From Candidatus Poribacteria bacterium (GTDB taxonomy: Bacteria; Poribacteria; WGA-4E; WGA-3G), in NCBI GenBank assembly GCA_963664215.1, contig OY761014.1: a stretch of DNA of 64,000 bases. One strand, 5' to 3'. Positions 9,187-19,760 of the stretch are shown piece after piece. Under the pieces are notes generated by a model, which did no database searches, was not told where the DNA came from, and saw only the letters and a list, made by a program, of their open reading frames with translations. Made by a program: the position numbers and the translations under genes. The number at the start of each line of letters is the position of its first letter. Position 1 is the stretch's first letter.

Positions 9187-9354
9187 TAACCTTGGAATCG
9201 TTATCTGGGCTGTAATTTATATGATCATCATTAGGGACCATCACAAAAATCAGATTCCATCACAGTGCCTTTTATACGTTTTTGACGAATTTCGCATGTT
9301 TTGGGTGAATTATGCATTTTTATTGAAAAAAACTGCATTTTTTTGAAAATTAAT

Positions 9355-9383
9355 TTGACAAGAAACGTTATATAGTGTAGAAT
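9355..9383 (+). promoter_or_regulatory. Sigma70 promoter with extended -10 and AT-rich UP region
   Basis: TTGACA-17-TAGAAT preceded by TG and A/T tracts. Confidence 0.75.
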
Positions 9384-9440
9384 TAAGTGTGTAGAGGGTT
9401 GAAACGCGAGATTTTACCACACTTACGCGAGGAATTCACG

Positions 9441-9662
9441 ATGCGCCGCTCGAACACAAAAATGATTTTGACTGCATGTGAGATGTCTTTTGCCGGGAAA
9501 ACGGATAATGAGATAGCGACGCTTTTAGAAACGTCTGTCTCAAACGTTTCCCGCTGGCGGAAAAACTCACTGTGGATAGAGTTTGAACAGGAACTCATCT
9601 CCACACATAAAGAGTCATTGTTAGAAGCACATCGAACAACCCTTGAAGATAGCACATCGTAG
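9441..9662 (+). CDS. Small helix-turn-helix DNA-binding protein (copy 1)
   Basis: GKTDNEIATLLETSVSNVSRWRK HTH pattern; SD gagga. Confidence 0.75.
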   Translation: MRRSNTKMILTACEMSFAGKTDNEIATLLETSVSNVSRWRKNSLWIEFEQELISTHKESLLEAHRTTLEDSTS

Positions 9663-9868
9663 TCTGCGACACAGTTGCGACTTAACAGAATGTGCTAAAA
9701 AGGTTAGGTTCAAATGTTGAATGGATTTACAATCCCTGGATCCGTTCTTATTTTGTACATAAGCGGAGGCAAGACGTGAAAAAAGTTAGTTTTTCATTTT
9801 TGTGCTTCCGTGAGGTTTTAGGTTTAAGTTTGAAAATTTTATTCCATAAGAACAAGGAGAAAAAACGA

Positions 9869-12778
9869 ATGTTGTCAAAGAAAATGACAGTTTCGTTAAT
9901 GAGTTTAATCACAATATTTGCTCTTGCTTTCGTGGCTCCTACTGCGATGGCAGCCTCTGATGGGCCGACGGTGACAATCTCGAGCAAAGACCACCATGCT
10001 GACGATGGTAAGCAGGTGTCTGTAGGTGCCAATATTGAGGTAGTATTTGAGTTCAGTGATATAGTAGACTATAACATAGCCATTACTGATGCTAATAGTG
10101 CTACTGGTGCCTTTGAACCTCTTGTTGATGTCATGTGGGTATTCACCGACAAAGACGGTAAGGAACTAACAAGTCCTCCTAATCCTGTAACTCCTCCTGA
10201 TCCTGCTGCTGGTTGGTGGACACAAAACAACGGTAAGAAATATACGGCAAGTTTTGCAGCTGGTAATTTAGTGGCAACTAACAAAGTGGTTGTGTATGTA
10301 TCTGATAATATAGCTAACGCTGTCAGCGGTAAGACGTTCGGTAAAGGCAACCAGGCAGCGACTTACAGTTTTACTCTAATCGCCGCAGATGACGGAGACC
10401 CCTACCCAGTTAGGATGGTGAGGCTTGCCCCTGAATCTGATTTCACATCAGATAAAGTCTCTGGTGCCTTTGACGTTAAGGTTGTGCTGAGTGAAAAGCC
10501 GAAAGAGTTCACAGCAGCGAATATCGGAGTCAAAAATGGAAGTGTCGGTGCCGTTGTTGCTGGTGGGTCTATCGGGCGAGTTGACTATATCACGAATAAT
10601 GAAGATGGTGTTCTTGCTGCTTATGATAGTGATGACAATGATATAATGAACAACGACACTGGTGCGCTTAACACCGGTTTAAATTTAGGAGCAGCCAATG
10701 AAGATGCTGACACCAATACGGACGGAAATCAGCTCTACGATCCGGCACCTACTGGTAACGATGCTAAGTTCTATCTGTATAGAGTGACGATCACACCGGA
10801 TTTCAAGAAGGATAAAGTGATCGTATGGGTCAAAGATTTTGTAGACAGTGCGCTTGACCCCACAAGTAAGTATACGTTGGTCACTGTAAACAAGGTTCCC
10901 GATGATCTCGGGGATGGCAAAGCGAAGTTAGAGGTTAGCGTAGATTTAACTAACGTTGATAAGCCGACTGCGGCAGCTGGCGTGTCAGTAGGGATACCCA
11001 ATGATACGATCATCCCTGCGGGTGGGTACTTGGTCGTCGTCCGAGACGATGAAGACGGTACTGATGAGGCAGAGAAATCCAGCGAAAGCGAAGTCATCCA
11101 TCCGGGTGACAGAAAAAATGCGAATCTCGCTGGGAGCGGTCGGAGTGCGATAAAACAGGCATATAATGTCGTTCCGGTTGATTTGAAGTATAACTTAGAG
11201 GGGTTCCTCGTTCGCGGTGGCACGATAGACCTTATCGCTCCTGATGCGGGCGTGGTGATCTCTGAGATCATGTGGGCGACCGATGGCGGTGAGACGAATC
11301 GGCAGTGGATTGAGATCCATAACACCGGGAGCACACAGCTGAAGACCAAAGACTATAAGCTGATGCTCTATACTGCCAACGAGGCACTTCCCCTCATAAC
11401 GGATGCCACGAAGAAGATCGTAGACCGTGTGAGTACGCTCTATAAAGGCACCAACCACTGGTCGATTGCCGGTAAAGGGAAATCGGGTCAAACTGCCGGT
11501 GTCATTGAGAGAAGCATTGGCGATGGCGATGATGTGGATATAGATATAGAAGTCGTCCAGACCTCCGGACTCGTCTCTATGGAACGTGTGATGGCGGCAG
11601 GTGCGTATCTTGATGGCACGATGGATACTTCTTGGGCGGCCTCTATGCCCCCGAGTTCAAACTTCACGGATGCGGCAGGCGGACTCTTTGTCGGTTCTCC
11701 AGGGGCCTCCCCGATCAACCCGGTCGCAGACCCACCACCGAAAGAAGACCCGCCGGTCGTCGTACCTCCTGACGTTGCGACCGCTTCTGATATTATGATT
11801 ACTGAGATCATGGTGGACACCGGCAACGGTAGACTCCCCCAGTGGATTGAACTCACAAACGTCTCTGGCGCAGAAAAACGTCTTGATGGGTGGTCTGTTG
11901 AGATCAAGAACGCTGCGGATGCGGATGTCGTTGGAAATACCGTGAGCATCAACTTGAGCGGCACCCTCGGTGTCGGTGGTGGCACAGATGCCGGTGGCAC
12001 GATGGGTAAAGCCCTTCTCTTGGTCGCTTGGGGCGGTCGAAGCTCTACCAACCTCTCAGGAAGTGATCGGGTTATCAACGTCTCCAGCCAGTTGAAGCAA
12101 AAGGGACGCTATACCCTCCTGAGCCCGATGGGCTTCATTATTGAACTTCTCCCACCGCAAACCACGGGCATTGTCCAGTTTGGTGATGCGGCAGGAAACC
12201 TCGGTGCCGCTACGGCATGGGACCTCCCGATGGACGAGACAGGTCGGAGTTCACTCATTCGTAAGTTTGATGCGGGTGTAGCAGGAATGGGAACGGATGT
12301 TAGCGGATGGACGCTCGCCTCCAGCACATCCCTCCTCAAAGCTCCCGCAACTTGGTATGGCAGCGATGAAGACGCTGGCACTCCCGGTGTTGTCGGTGGT
12401 GGACCCCTACCCGTCGAACTTTCACAGTTCCGACCCGCACGCGATAAAGCCACCGGCGCAGTCGTGATTACTTGGGCAACGCAGTCCGAGCTGAATAACG
12501 CTGGATTCTTCATCAAGCGGGCACAGCAAAAAGACGGCGAGTTCAAGGTTGTAAATCCGACGATGATCCCCGGTGCTGGCACCACTTCGGAGAAGCAGTT
12601 CTACACCTACACGGATACAACTGCGCAACCTAATGTCGTATACTACTACCAAATTGAAGACGTGTCCCTTGATGGGAACCGTCAGACGCTGACCCGTGGC
12701 ATCCGCCTGAAAGGACATATCGGTGCCGCCGGCAAACTTACCTCCACGTGGGGTGAGTTGAAGTCGTCCAATGAGTAG
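9869..12778 (+). CDS. Secreted lamin-tail-domain surface protein, paralogue 1
   Basis: SD aaggag plus MLSKK signal peptide; VVISEIMW..QWIEIHN and IMITEIMV..QWIEL LTD motifs; GGPLPVELS; GKLTSTWGELK tail. Confidence 0.88.
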   Translation: MLSKKMTVSLMSLITIFALAFVAPTAMAASDGPTVTISSKDHHADDGKQVSVGANIEVVFEFSDIVDYNIAITDANSATGAFEPLVDVMWVFTDKDGKELTSPPNPVTPPDPAAGWWTQNNGKKYTASFAAGNLVATNKVVVYVSDNIANAVSGKTFGKGNQAATYSFTLIAADDGDPYPVRMVRLAPESDFTSDKVSGAFDVKVVLSEKPKEFTAANIGVKNGSVGAVVAGGSIGRVDYITNNEDGVLAAYDSDDNDIMNNDTGALNTGLNLGAANEDADTNTDGNQLYDPAPTGNDAKFYLYRVTITPDFKKDKVIVWVKDFVDSALDPTSKYTLVTVNKVPDDLGDGKAKLEVSVDLTNVDKPTAAAGVSVGIPNDTIIPAGGYLVVVRDDEDGTDEAEKSSESEVIHPGDRKNANLAGSGRSAIKQAYNVVPVDLKYNLEGFLVRGGTIDLIAPDAGVVISEIMWATDGGETNRQWIEIHNTGSTQLKTKDYKLMLYTANEALPLITDATKKIVDRVSTLYKGTNHWSIAGKGKSGQTAGVIERSIGDGDDVDIDIEVVQTSGLVSMERVMAAGAYLDGTMDTSWAASMPPSSNFTDAAGGLFVGSPGASPINPVADPPPKEDPPVVVPPDVATASDIMITEIMVDTGNGRLPQWIELTNVSGAEKRLDGWSVEIKNAADADVVGNTVSINLSGTLGVGGGTDAGGTMGKALLLVAWGGRSSTNLSGSDRVINVSSQLKQKGRYTLLSPMGFIIELLPPQTTGIVQFGDAAGNLGAATAWDLPMDETGRSSLIRKFDAGVAGMGTDVSGWTLASSTSLLKAPATWYGSDEDAGTPGVVGGGPLPVELSQFRPARDKATGAVVITWATQSELNNAGFFIKRAQQKDGEFKVVNPTMIPGAGTTSEKQFYTYTDTTAQPNVVYYYQIEDVSLDGNRQTLTRGIRLKGHIGAAGKLTSTWGELKSSNE

Positions 12779-12833
12779 TAGTCAACAAAGAGGTTATTTC
12801 AGGGATGAAATTTGTTTGAACTAACCTTAACCA

Positions 12834-12876
12834 CAAAATGGGGTAGTGCTTAGCGGCATTACCCCGTTTTGTTTTT
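12834..12876 (+). terminator. Intrinsic terminator
   Basis: caaaatggggtagtgc-ttagcg-gcattaccccgttttg plus T tract. Confidence 0.8.
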
Positions 12877-13100
12877 ACGCTAAGTTGTTAACCGGTCGTA
12901 TGCCTTTGCCGCACTCGCGTAACCATGTCCCGATCGACTTAGGGATCAAGCCCCATGTGCACACCCAATTCTTTATACATATTCCATCACAAAAATCAGA
13001 TTCCATCACAGTGCCTTTTATACGTTTTTGACGAATTTCGCATGTTTTGGGTGAATTATGCATTTTTATTGAAAAAAACTGCATTTTTTTGAAAATTAAT

Positions 13101-13129
13101 TTGACAAGAAACGTTATATAGTGTAGAAT
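13101..13129 (+). promoter_or_regulatory. Duplicate sigma70 promoter
   Basis: Identical to 9355-9383. Confidence 0.75.
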
Positions 13130-13186
13130 TAAGTGTGTAGAGGGTTGAAACGCGAGATTTTACCACACTTACGCGAGGAATTCACG

Positions 13187-13411
13187 ATGCGCCGCTCGAA
13201 CACAAAAATGATTTTGACTGCGTGCGAGATGTCTTTTGCCGGAAAAACGGATAATGAGATAGCGACGCTTTTAGAAACGTCTGTCTCAAATGTCTCCCGC
13301 TGGCGGAAAAACTCACTGTGGATAGAGTTTGAGCAAGAACTCATCTCGGCACATAAAGAGTCGCTCTTAGAGCCGCATCGATTGTCAACCCTTGAAGATA
13401 GCACATCGTAG
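13187..13411 (+). CDS. Small HTH protein (copy 2)
   Basis: Near-identical to 9441-9662. Confidence 0.75.
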   Translation: MRRSNTKMILTACEMSFAGKTDNEIATLLETSVSNVSRWRKNSLWIEFEQELISAHKESLLEPHRLSTLEDSTS

Positions 13412-13617
13412 TCTGCGACACAGTTGCGACTTAACAGAATGTGCTAAAAAGGTTAGGTTCAAATGCTGAATGGATTTACAATCCCTGGATCCGTTCTTAT
13501 TTTGTACGTAAGCGGAGGCAAGACGTGAAGAAGGTTAGTTTTTCATTTTTTTCCTTCCGTGAGGTTTTAGGTTTAAGTTTGAAAATTTTATTCCATAAGA
13601 ACAAGGAGAAAAAACGA

Positions 13618-16446
13618 ATGTTGTCAAAGAAAATGACAGTTTCGTTAATGAGTTTAATCACAATATTTGCTCTTGCTTTCGTGGCTCCTACTGCGATGGC
13701 AGCCTCTGATGGGCCGACGGTGACAATCTCGAGCAAAGATCACCATGCTGACGATGGTAAACAAGTGGCTGCGGGATCTGTTGTCATAACAGTTGAGTTC
13801 AGTGACCCAGTAAACTTTAATACTGATGCTACTGCTGCACCTGAGGACTTTAGACCGGCTGTTGATGTTATGACCATATATACCAACAACGATGGTGTGG
13901 AACAAGCTGCCTTTACTATCGCATGGGTACAAAAGAGTACTCAGAAATACGAAGGAACTGCAACACTTGTGGCTGATCGCAAGGTGATTGTGTATATAGA
14001 AGAAAATGCGGCTACGGCGATCAGCGGTAAGACGTTCGGTAAAGGCAACCAGGCAGTGAATTATAGTTTCAGTGTAATCGCAGCGGATAACGGAGAGCCC
14101 TATCCAGTCAGAATGAAGCGACTCCCCCCTGAATCTGGATTTATGGCGGATAAAGTCTCTGGTGCCTTTGATGTTAAGATCGTGCTGAGTGAAAAACCGA
14201 AAGAGTTCACAGCAGCGAATATCGGAGTCAAAAATGGAAGTGTTGGAGCCGTTGTTGCTGGTGGATCTATAGCGCGAATTGACTATATCAGGAACAACGT
14301 AGATGGTAGCCACACTCTTTATGATACTCCTGACAGCACTCCGGCAAATGACCTACCGGACCGGGGCGACACCTTCCCCACTAACTTTGATACTGATGCC
14401 GCGAATAGTGCTCTAAGTCCGGTCGCGACCGGTAACGATGCTAAGTTCTATCTGTATAGAGTGACGATCACGCCGGATTTCAAGAAGGATAAAGTGATTG
14501 TATGGGTCAAAGATTTTGTAGACAGTGCGCTTGACCCCACAAGTAAGTATACGTTGGTCACTGTAAACAAGGTTCCCGATGATCTCGGGGCTGACAAAGC
14601 GAAGTTAGAGGTTAGCGTAGATTTAACTAACGTTGATAAGCCGACTGCGGCAGCTGGCGTGTCTGTAGGAATACCCAATGATACGATCATCCCTGCGGGT
14701 GGGTACTTGGTCGTCGTCCGAGACGATGGAGACGGTGCCGACGAAGTAGAGAAATCCAGTGAAAGCGAAGTCATCCATCCGGGTGATAGAAAAAATGCGA
14801 ATCTTGCTGGGAGTGGTCGGAGTGCGATAAAACAGGCATATAATGTCGTTCCGGTTGATTTGAAGTATAACTTAGAGGGGTTCCTCATTCGCGGTGGCAC
14901 GATAGACCTTATCGCTCCCGATGCGGGTGTGGTGATCTCTGAGATTATGTGGGCGACCGATGGCGGTGAGACGAACCGGCAGTGGATCGAGATTCATAAC
15001 ACCGGGAGCACACAGCTGAAGACCAAAGACTATAAGCTGATGCTCTATACTGCCAACGAGGCACTTCCCCTCATAACGGATGCCACGAAGAAGATCGTAG
15101 ACCGTGTGAGTACGCTCTATAAAGGCACCAACCACTGGTCGATTGCCGGTAAAGGGAAATCGGGTCAAACTGCCGGTGTCATTGAGAGAAGCATTGGCGA
15201 TGGCGATGATGTGGATATAGATATAGAAGTCGTCCAGACCTCCGGACTCGTCTCTATGGAACGTGTGATGGCGGCAGGTGCGTATCTTGATGGCACGATG
15301 GATACCTCTTGGGCGGCCTCTATGCCCCCGAGTTCAAACTTCACGGATGCGGCAGGCGGACTCTTTGTCGGTTCTCCAGGGGCTTCCCCGATCAACCCGG
15401 TCGCAGACCCACCGCCGAAAGAAGACCCGCCGGTCGTCGTACCTCCTGACGTTGCGACCGCTTCTGATATTATGATTACTGAGATCATGGTGGACACCGG
15501 CAATGGTCGCCTCCCACAGTGGATTGAACTCGCAAACTACAGTGGTAAAGTCGTCCGTCTTGATGGGTGGTCTGTTGAGATTACGAACGCCGCAGACGAT
15601 ACCGATGTTGCGGGTAGAGTGAGCCTTGACCTCACCGGTCAGACGCTTGATGTCCGTGAAGGTGCTACCGGCACCCGCGGTGAAGCCCTCCTCTTAGTCG
15701 CTTGGGGCGGTCGGAGCTCCGGCAACCTGAGTGATCGGGTTCTCAACGTCTCCAGCCAATTGAAGAAAACAGGACGCTATACGCTCCTGAGTCCGATGGG
15801 CTTCTTGATCGAACTCCTGCCACCGCAAACCACGGGCATTGTCCAGTTTGGTGATGCGGCAGGAAACCTCGGTGCCGCTACGGCATGGGACCTCCCGATG
15901 TCCGAGAACGGACGGAGTTCACTGATTCGTAAGTTTGATGCTGGGGTCGCGGGGATGGGAGATGATATGAGCGGATGGGTACTCGCAGATGCGACCTCCC
16001 TTCTGAAGACTCCCGCAAGTTGGTATGGCAGTGATGAAGACGCTGGCACCCCCGGTGTTATCGGTGGTGGCCCCCTACCCGTCGAACTTTCACAGTTCCG
16101 TCCCGCACGCGATAAAGCCACCGGCGCAGTCGTGATTACTTGGGCAACGCAGTCTGAGCTGAACAACGCTGGATTCTTCATCAAGCGGGCACAGCAAAAA
16201 GACGGCGAGTTCAAAGTCATCAATGCTACTATGGTTCCAGGTGCTGGCACCACTTCGGAGAAGCAGTTCTATACCTACACGGATACAACTGCTCAACCTA
16301 ACGTCGTATACTACTACCAAATTGAAGACGTGTCCCTTGATGGGAATCGTCAGACGCTGACCCGTGGCATCCGCCTGAAAGGGCATATCGGAGCTGCTGG
16401 GAAACTTACCTCCACATGGGGTGAATTGAAGTCGTCCAATGAGTAG
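13618..16446 (+). CDS. Secreted lamin-tail-domain surface protein, paralogue 2
   Basis: Same architecture as paralogue 1 with swapped variable blocks. Confidence 0.88.
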   Translation: MLSKKMTVSLMSLITIFALAFVAPTAMAASDGPTVTISSKDHHADDGKQVAAGSVVITVEFSDPVNFNTDATAAPEDFRPAVDVMTIYTNNDGVEQAAFTIAWVQKSTQKYEGTATLVADRKVIVYIEENAATAISGKTFGKGNQAVNYSFSVIAADNGEPYPVRMKRLPPESGFMADKVSGAFDVKIVLSEKPKEFTAANIGVKNGSVGAVVAGGSIARIDYIRNNVDGSHTLYDTPDSTPANDLPDRGDTFPTNFDTDAANSALSPVATGNDAKFYLYRVTITPDFKKDKVIVWVKDFVDSALDPTSKYTLVTVNKVPDDLGADKAKLEVSVDLTNVDKPTAAAGVSVGIPNDTIIPAGGYLVVVRDDGDGADEVEKSSESEVIHPGDRKNANLAGSGRSAIKQAYNVVPVDLKYNLEGFLIRGGTIDLIAPDAGVVISEIMWATDGGETNRQWIEIHNTGSTQLKTKDYKLMLYTANEALPLITDATKKIVDRVSTLYKGTNHWSIAGKGKSGQTAGVIERSIGDGDDVDIDIEVVQTSGLVSMERVMAAGAYLDGTMDTSWAASMPPSSNFTDAAGGLFVGSPGASPINPVADPPPKEDPPVVVPPDVATASDIMITEIMVDTGNGRLPQWIELANYSGKVVRLDGWSVEITNAADDTDVAGRVSLDLTGQTLDVREGATGTRGEALLLVAWGGRSSGNLSDRVLNVSSQLKKTGRYTLLSPMGFLIELLPPQTTGIVQFGDAAGNLGAATAWDLPMSENGRSSLIRKFDAGVAGMGDDMSGWVLADATSLLKTPASWYGSDEDAGTPGVIGGGPLPVELSQFRPARDKATGAVVITWATQSELNNAGFFIKRAQQKDGEFKVINATMVPGAGTTSEKQFYTYTDTTAQPNVVYYYQIEDVSLDGNRQTLTRGIRLKGHIGAAGKLTSTWGELKSSNE

Positions 16447-16500
16447 TAGTCAACAAAGAGGTTATTTCAGGGATAAAATTTGTTTGAACTAACCTTAACT

Positions 16501-16542
16501 ACAAGACAGGGTAGTGCTTCGCGGCATTACCCTGTTTTGTTT
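16501..16542 (+). terminator. Intrinsic terminator
   Basis: acagggtagtgc-ttcgcg-gcattaccctgt plus T tract. Confidence 0.8.
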
Positions 16543-16837
16543 ACAGATCAGAAATATATTGTGTGTCTGTGTGAATGTTCGTATTAGGAAACGTTCCATG
16601 AGGATTGTCAAGATGCTTTCAATACTCACTGCCGCGCACCTTGCCTAACTTGAAGTTTCCCAAAGGCCTCCAGATATTGAGACTACTGAATGGATTTACA
16701 ATCCCTGGATCCGTTCTTATTTTGTACATAAGCGGAGGCAAGACGTGAAGAAGGTTAGCTTTTCATTTCTTCGCTTCCGTGAGGTTTTAGGTTTAAGTTT
16801 GAAAATTTTATTCCATAAGAACAAGGAGAAAAAACGA

Positions 16838-19657
16838 ATGTTGTCAAAGAAAATGACAGTTTCGTTAATGAGTTTAATCACAATTCTCGCGCTCGTTTTC
16901 GTGGCTCCTTCTACGATGGCAGCCTCTGATGGGCCGACGGTGACAATCTCAACCGCAGACCATCATGCTGACGATGGTAAACAGGTGGAAGCGGGAGATG
17001 TTGTCATAACAGTTGAGTTCAGTGACCCAGTAAACTATAATGGTGCAGATGCAAATACTACTGCTCCAGCTGCTGACTTTACACCGACTCAAGATGTTGC
17101 AATCGTATATACCGACAACGATGGCGTGCAACAAACAACACCCAGTATCACATGGGCCCAAAAGAGTACTCAGAAATACGAAGGAACTATAGGCCTTGCT
17201 ATTGATCGCAAGGTGATTGTGTATGTAGAGGAAAATGCGGCTACGGCGATCAGCGGTAAGACGTTCAGTAAGGGCAACCAGGCAGTGAATTATAGTTTCA
17301 GTGTAATCGACGTGGATTTCGGAGATCCCTACCCTGTCAGAATGAAGCGACTCCCCCCTGAATCTGGATTTATGGCGGATAAAGTCTCTGGTGCCTTTGA
17401 CGTTAAGGTTGTGCTGAGTGAAAAGCCGAAAGAGTTCACAGCAGCGAATATCGGAGTCAAAAATGGGAGTGTTGGCACCGTTGTTGCTGGTGGGTCCATA
17501 TCGCGCTGGCAGTATCTCAAGAACAATGAGGATGGTAGCTACGATCTTTATTTTGATGCTACGGACAATAATATACCTGCGCGTAACACTATTACCGCTA
17601 CTACTGCTCTTGGTGCCTTTGATCCGTCACCCACTGGTAGAGACGATAAGTTCTATCTGTATAGAGTGAGGATCACGCCGGATTTCAAGAAGGATAAAGT
17701 AATTGTATGGGTCAAAGATTTTGTAGACACTGCGCTTGATCCCTATAAGTATACGTTGGTCACTGTAAACAAGGTTCCCGATGATCTCGGGGCTGACAAA
17801 GCGAAGTTAGAGGTTAGCGTAGATTTAACTAACGTTGATAAGCCGACTGCGGACCCTGGCGTGTCAGTAGGGATACCCAATGATACGATCATCCCTGCGG
17901 GTGGGTACTTGGTCGTCGTCCGAGACGATGAAGACGGTACTGATGAGGCAGAGAAATCCAGCGAAAGCGAGGTCATCCATCCGGGTGATAGAAAAAATGC
18001 GAATCTTGCTGGGAGCGGTCGGAGTGCGATAAAACAGGCCTACAACGTCGTCCCCGTTGATTTGAAATATGACTTAGAGGGGTTCCTCATTCGCGGTGGC
18101 ACGATTGATCTCATCGCCCCAGATGCTGGTGTGATGATCAGTGAAATCATGTGGGCAACCGATGGCGGGAATAATAAGCGTCAGTGGATTGAGATTCATA
18201 ACACGGGGAGCACACAGCTGAAGACCAAAGACTATAAGCTGATGCTCTATACTGCCAACGAAGCATTCAAAGATATGAGCGTTGCTGCCAACAATATCCA
18301 AGACCGTGTGAGTACGCTCTATAAAGGCACCAACCACTGGTCGATTGCCGGTAAAGGGAAATCGGGTCAAACCGCGAGTATCATTGAGAGAAGCATTGGC
18401 GATGGCGATGATGTGGATATAGATATAGAAGTCGTCCAGACCTCCGGACTCGTCTCCATGGAACGTGTGATGGCGGCAGGTGCGTATCTTGATGGCACGA
18501 TGGATACCTCTTGGGCGGCCTCCATTCCCCCGAGTTCAAACTTCATGGACGCAGCAGGTGGACTCTTTGTCGGTTCTCCAGGGGCCTCCCCCATCAACGC
18601 AGTCGCAGATCCGGCTCCCGCACCTGAACCCACACCCGCACCGGTCATCCCCGTTGCGATGGCTTCTGATATTATGATTACTGAAATCATGGTAGACACC
18701 GGCAACGGTCGCCTCCCACAGTGGATTGAACTCACAAACGTCTCTGGCGCAGAAAAACGCCTTGATGGGTGGTCTGTTGAGATCGAAAACGCTGCGGATG
18801 CGAATGTGGTTGGGAATACTGTGAGCCTCAACTTGAGCGGCACCCTCGGTGTCGGTGGTGGCACAGGTGCTGGCGGCACGCTCGGTAAAACGCTTCTATT
18901 GGTCGCTTGGGGCGGTCGAAGTTCTGGCAACCTCACAGGAAGTGATCGGGTTATCAATGTCTCCAGCCAGTTGAAGCAAAAGGGACGCTATACCCTCCTG
19001 AGTCCGATGGGTTTCGTGATCGAACTGCTCCCACCTCAAACTACAGGTATTGTCCAGTTTGGCGACACGGTAGGCAACCTTGGTGCCGCTACGGCATGGG
19101 ACCTCCCGATGGACGAGACAGGTCGGAGTTCACTCATTCGTAAGTTTGATGCGGGTGTAGCAGGAATGGGAACGGATGTTAGCGGATGGACGCTCGCCTC
19201 CAGCACATCCCTCCTCAAAGCTCCCGCAACATGGTATGGCAGCGATGAAGATGCTGGCACCCCCGGTGTTGTCGGTGGTGGACCCCTGCCCGTCGAACTC
19301 TCACACTTCCGTCCCGCACGCGATAAAGCGACTGGACAAGTCGTGATTACTTGGGCAACGCAGTCCGAACTCAACAACGCTGGGTTCTTCATCAAGCGCG
19401 CACAGCAACGAAACGGTGAGTTCAAGGTTGTCAATCCCACGATGATCGCCGGTGCTGGCACAACAAGTGAAAAGCAGTTCTATACTTATACGGATACAAC
19501 TGCGCAACCTAACGTCGTATACTACTACCAAATTGAAGACGTGTCCCTTGATGGGAATCGTCAGACGCTCACCCGTGGCATCCGCCTCAAAGGGCATATC
19601 GGTGCCGCCGGAAAACTTACCTCCACGTGGGGTGAATTGAAGTCGTCCAATGAGTAG
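16838..19657 (+). CDS. Secreted lamin-tail-domain surface protein, paralogue 3
   Basis: Same architecture; SD aaggag before MLSKK. Confidence 0.88.
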   Translation: MLSKKMTVSLMSLITILALVFVAPSTMAASDGPTVTISTADHHADDGKQVEAGDVVITVEFSDPVNYNGADANTTAPAADFTPTQDVAIVYTDNDGVQQTTPSITWAQKSTQKYEGTIGLAIDRKVIVYVEENAATAISGKTFSKGNQAVNYSFSVIDVDFGDPYPVRMKRLPPESGFMADKVSGAFDVKVVLSEKPKEFTAANIGVKNGSVGTVVAGGSISRWQYLKNNEDGSYDLYFDATDNNIPARNTITATTALGAFDPSPTGRDDKFYLYRVRITPDFKKDKVIVWVKDFVDTALDPYKYTLVTVNKVPDDLGADKAKLEVSVDLTNVDKPTADPGVSVGIPNDTIIPAGGYLVVVRDDEDGTDEAEKSSESEVIHPGDRKNANLAGSGRSAIKQAYNVVPVDLKYDLEGFLIRGGTIDLIAPDAGVMISEIMWATDGGNNKRQWIEIHNTGSTQLKTKDYKLMLYTANEAFKDMSVAANNIQDRVSTLYKGTNHWSIAGKGKSGQTASIIERSIGDGDDVDIDIEVVQTSGLVSMERVMAAGAYLDGTMDTSWAASIPPSSNFMDAAGGLFVGSPGASPINAVADPAPAPEPTPAPVIPVAMASDIMITEIMVDTGNGRLPQWIELTNVSGAEKRLDGWSVEIENAADANVVGNTVSLNLSGTLGVGGGTGAGGTLGKTLLLVAWGGRSSGNLTGSDRVINVSSQLKQKGRYTLLSPMGFVIELLPPQTTGIVQFGDTVGNLGAATAWDLPMDETGRSSLIRKFDAGVAGMGTDVSGWTLASSTSLLKAPATWYGSDEDAGTPGVVGGGPLPVELSHFRPARDKATGQVVITWATQSELNNAGFFIKRAQQRNGEFKVVNPTMIAGAGTTSEKQFYTYTDTTAQPNVVYYYQIEDVSLDGNRQTLTRGIRLKGHIGAAGKLTSTWGELKSSNE

Positions 19658-19712
19658 TAGTGAACAAAGAGGTTATTTCAGGGATAAAATTTGTTTGAAC
19701 TAACCTTAACCA

Positions 19713-19760
19713 CAAAATGGGGTGGTGTCTTTCGATCGAGACATCACCCCGTTTTGTTTT
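19713..19760 (+). terminator. Intrinsic terminator
   Basis: caaaatggggtggtgtct...agacatcaccccgttttg plus T tract. Confidence 0.8.

Larger units (their letters stand above)
9238..19760 (+). repeat. Tandem triplication of a surface-protein locus (first unit 3746 bp)
   Basis: The 9238 block recurs at 12984; a third copy starts at ~16687 without the HTH gene. Confidence 0.95.

Noticed and set aside
9692-9868. Long N-terminal extensions given by the ORF track (9692, 13441, 16745, 1126, 8364, 27051 and others)
   Set aside because: Strong SD sequences and signal peptides support the downstream ATGs; the extensions run through leader or promoter DNA.
12880-12984. Small gene between paralogues 1 and 2
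   Set aside because: The candidate frames are short or stop-interrupted with no SD; at most an unidentifiable remnant.
10069-19597. Many antisense and alternate-frame ORFs over long genes (also 37447-38361, 42915-43847, 48351-50354, 53259-54188)
   Set aside because: They are shadows of biased codon usage and repeats, with no SD, no motifs, and full overlap with well-supported genes.
9238-19760. CRISPR array or diversity-generating retroelement behind the repeated and variable blocks
   Set aside because: The repeats are whole genes, not repeat-spacer units. There is no cas or reverse transcriptase gene, and the differences are block swaps, not adenine-specific substitutions.
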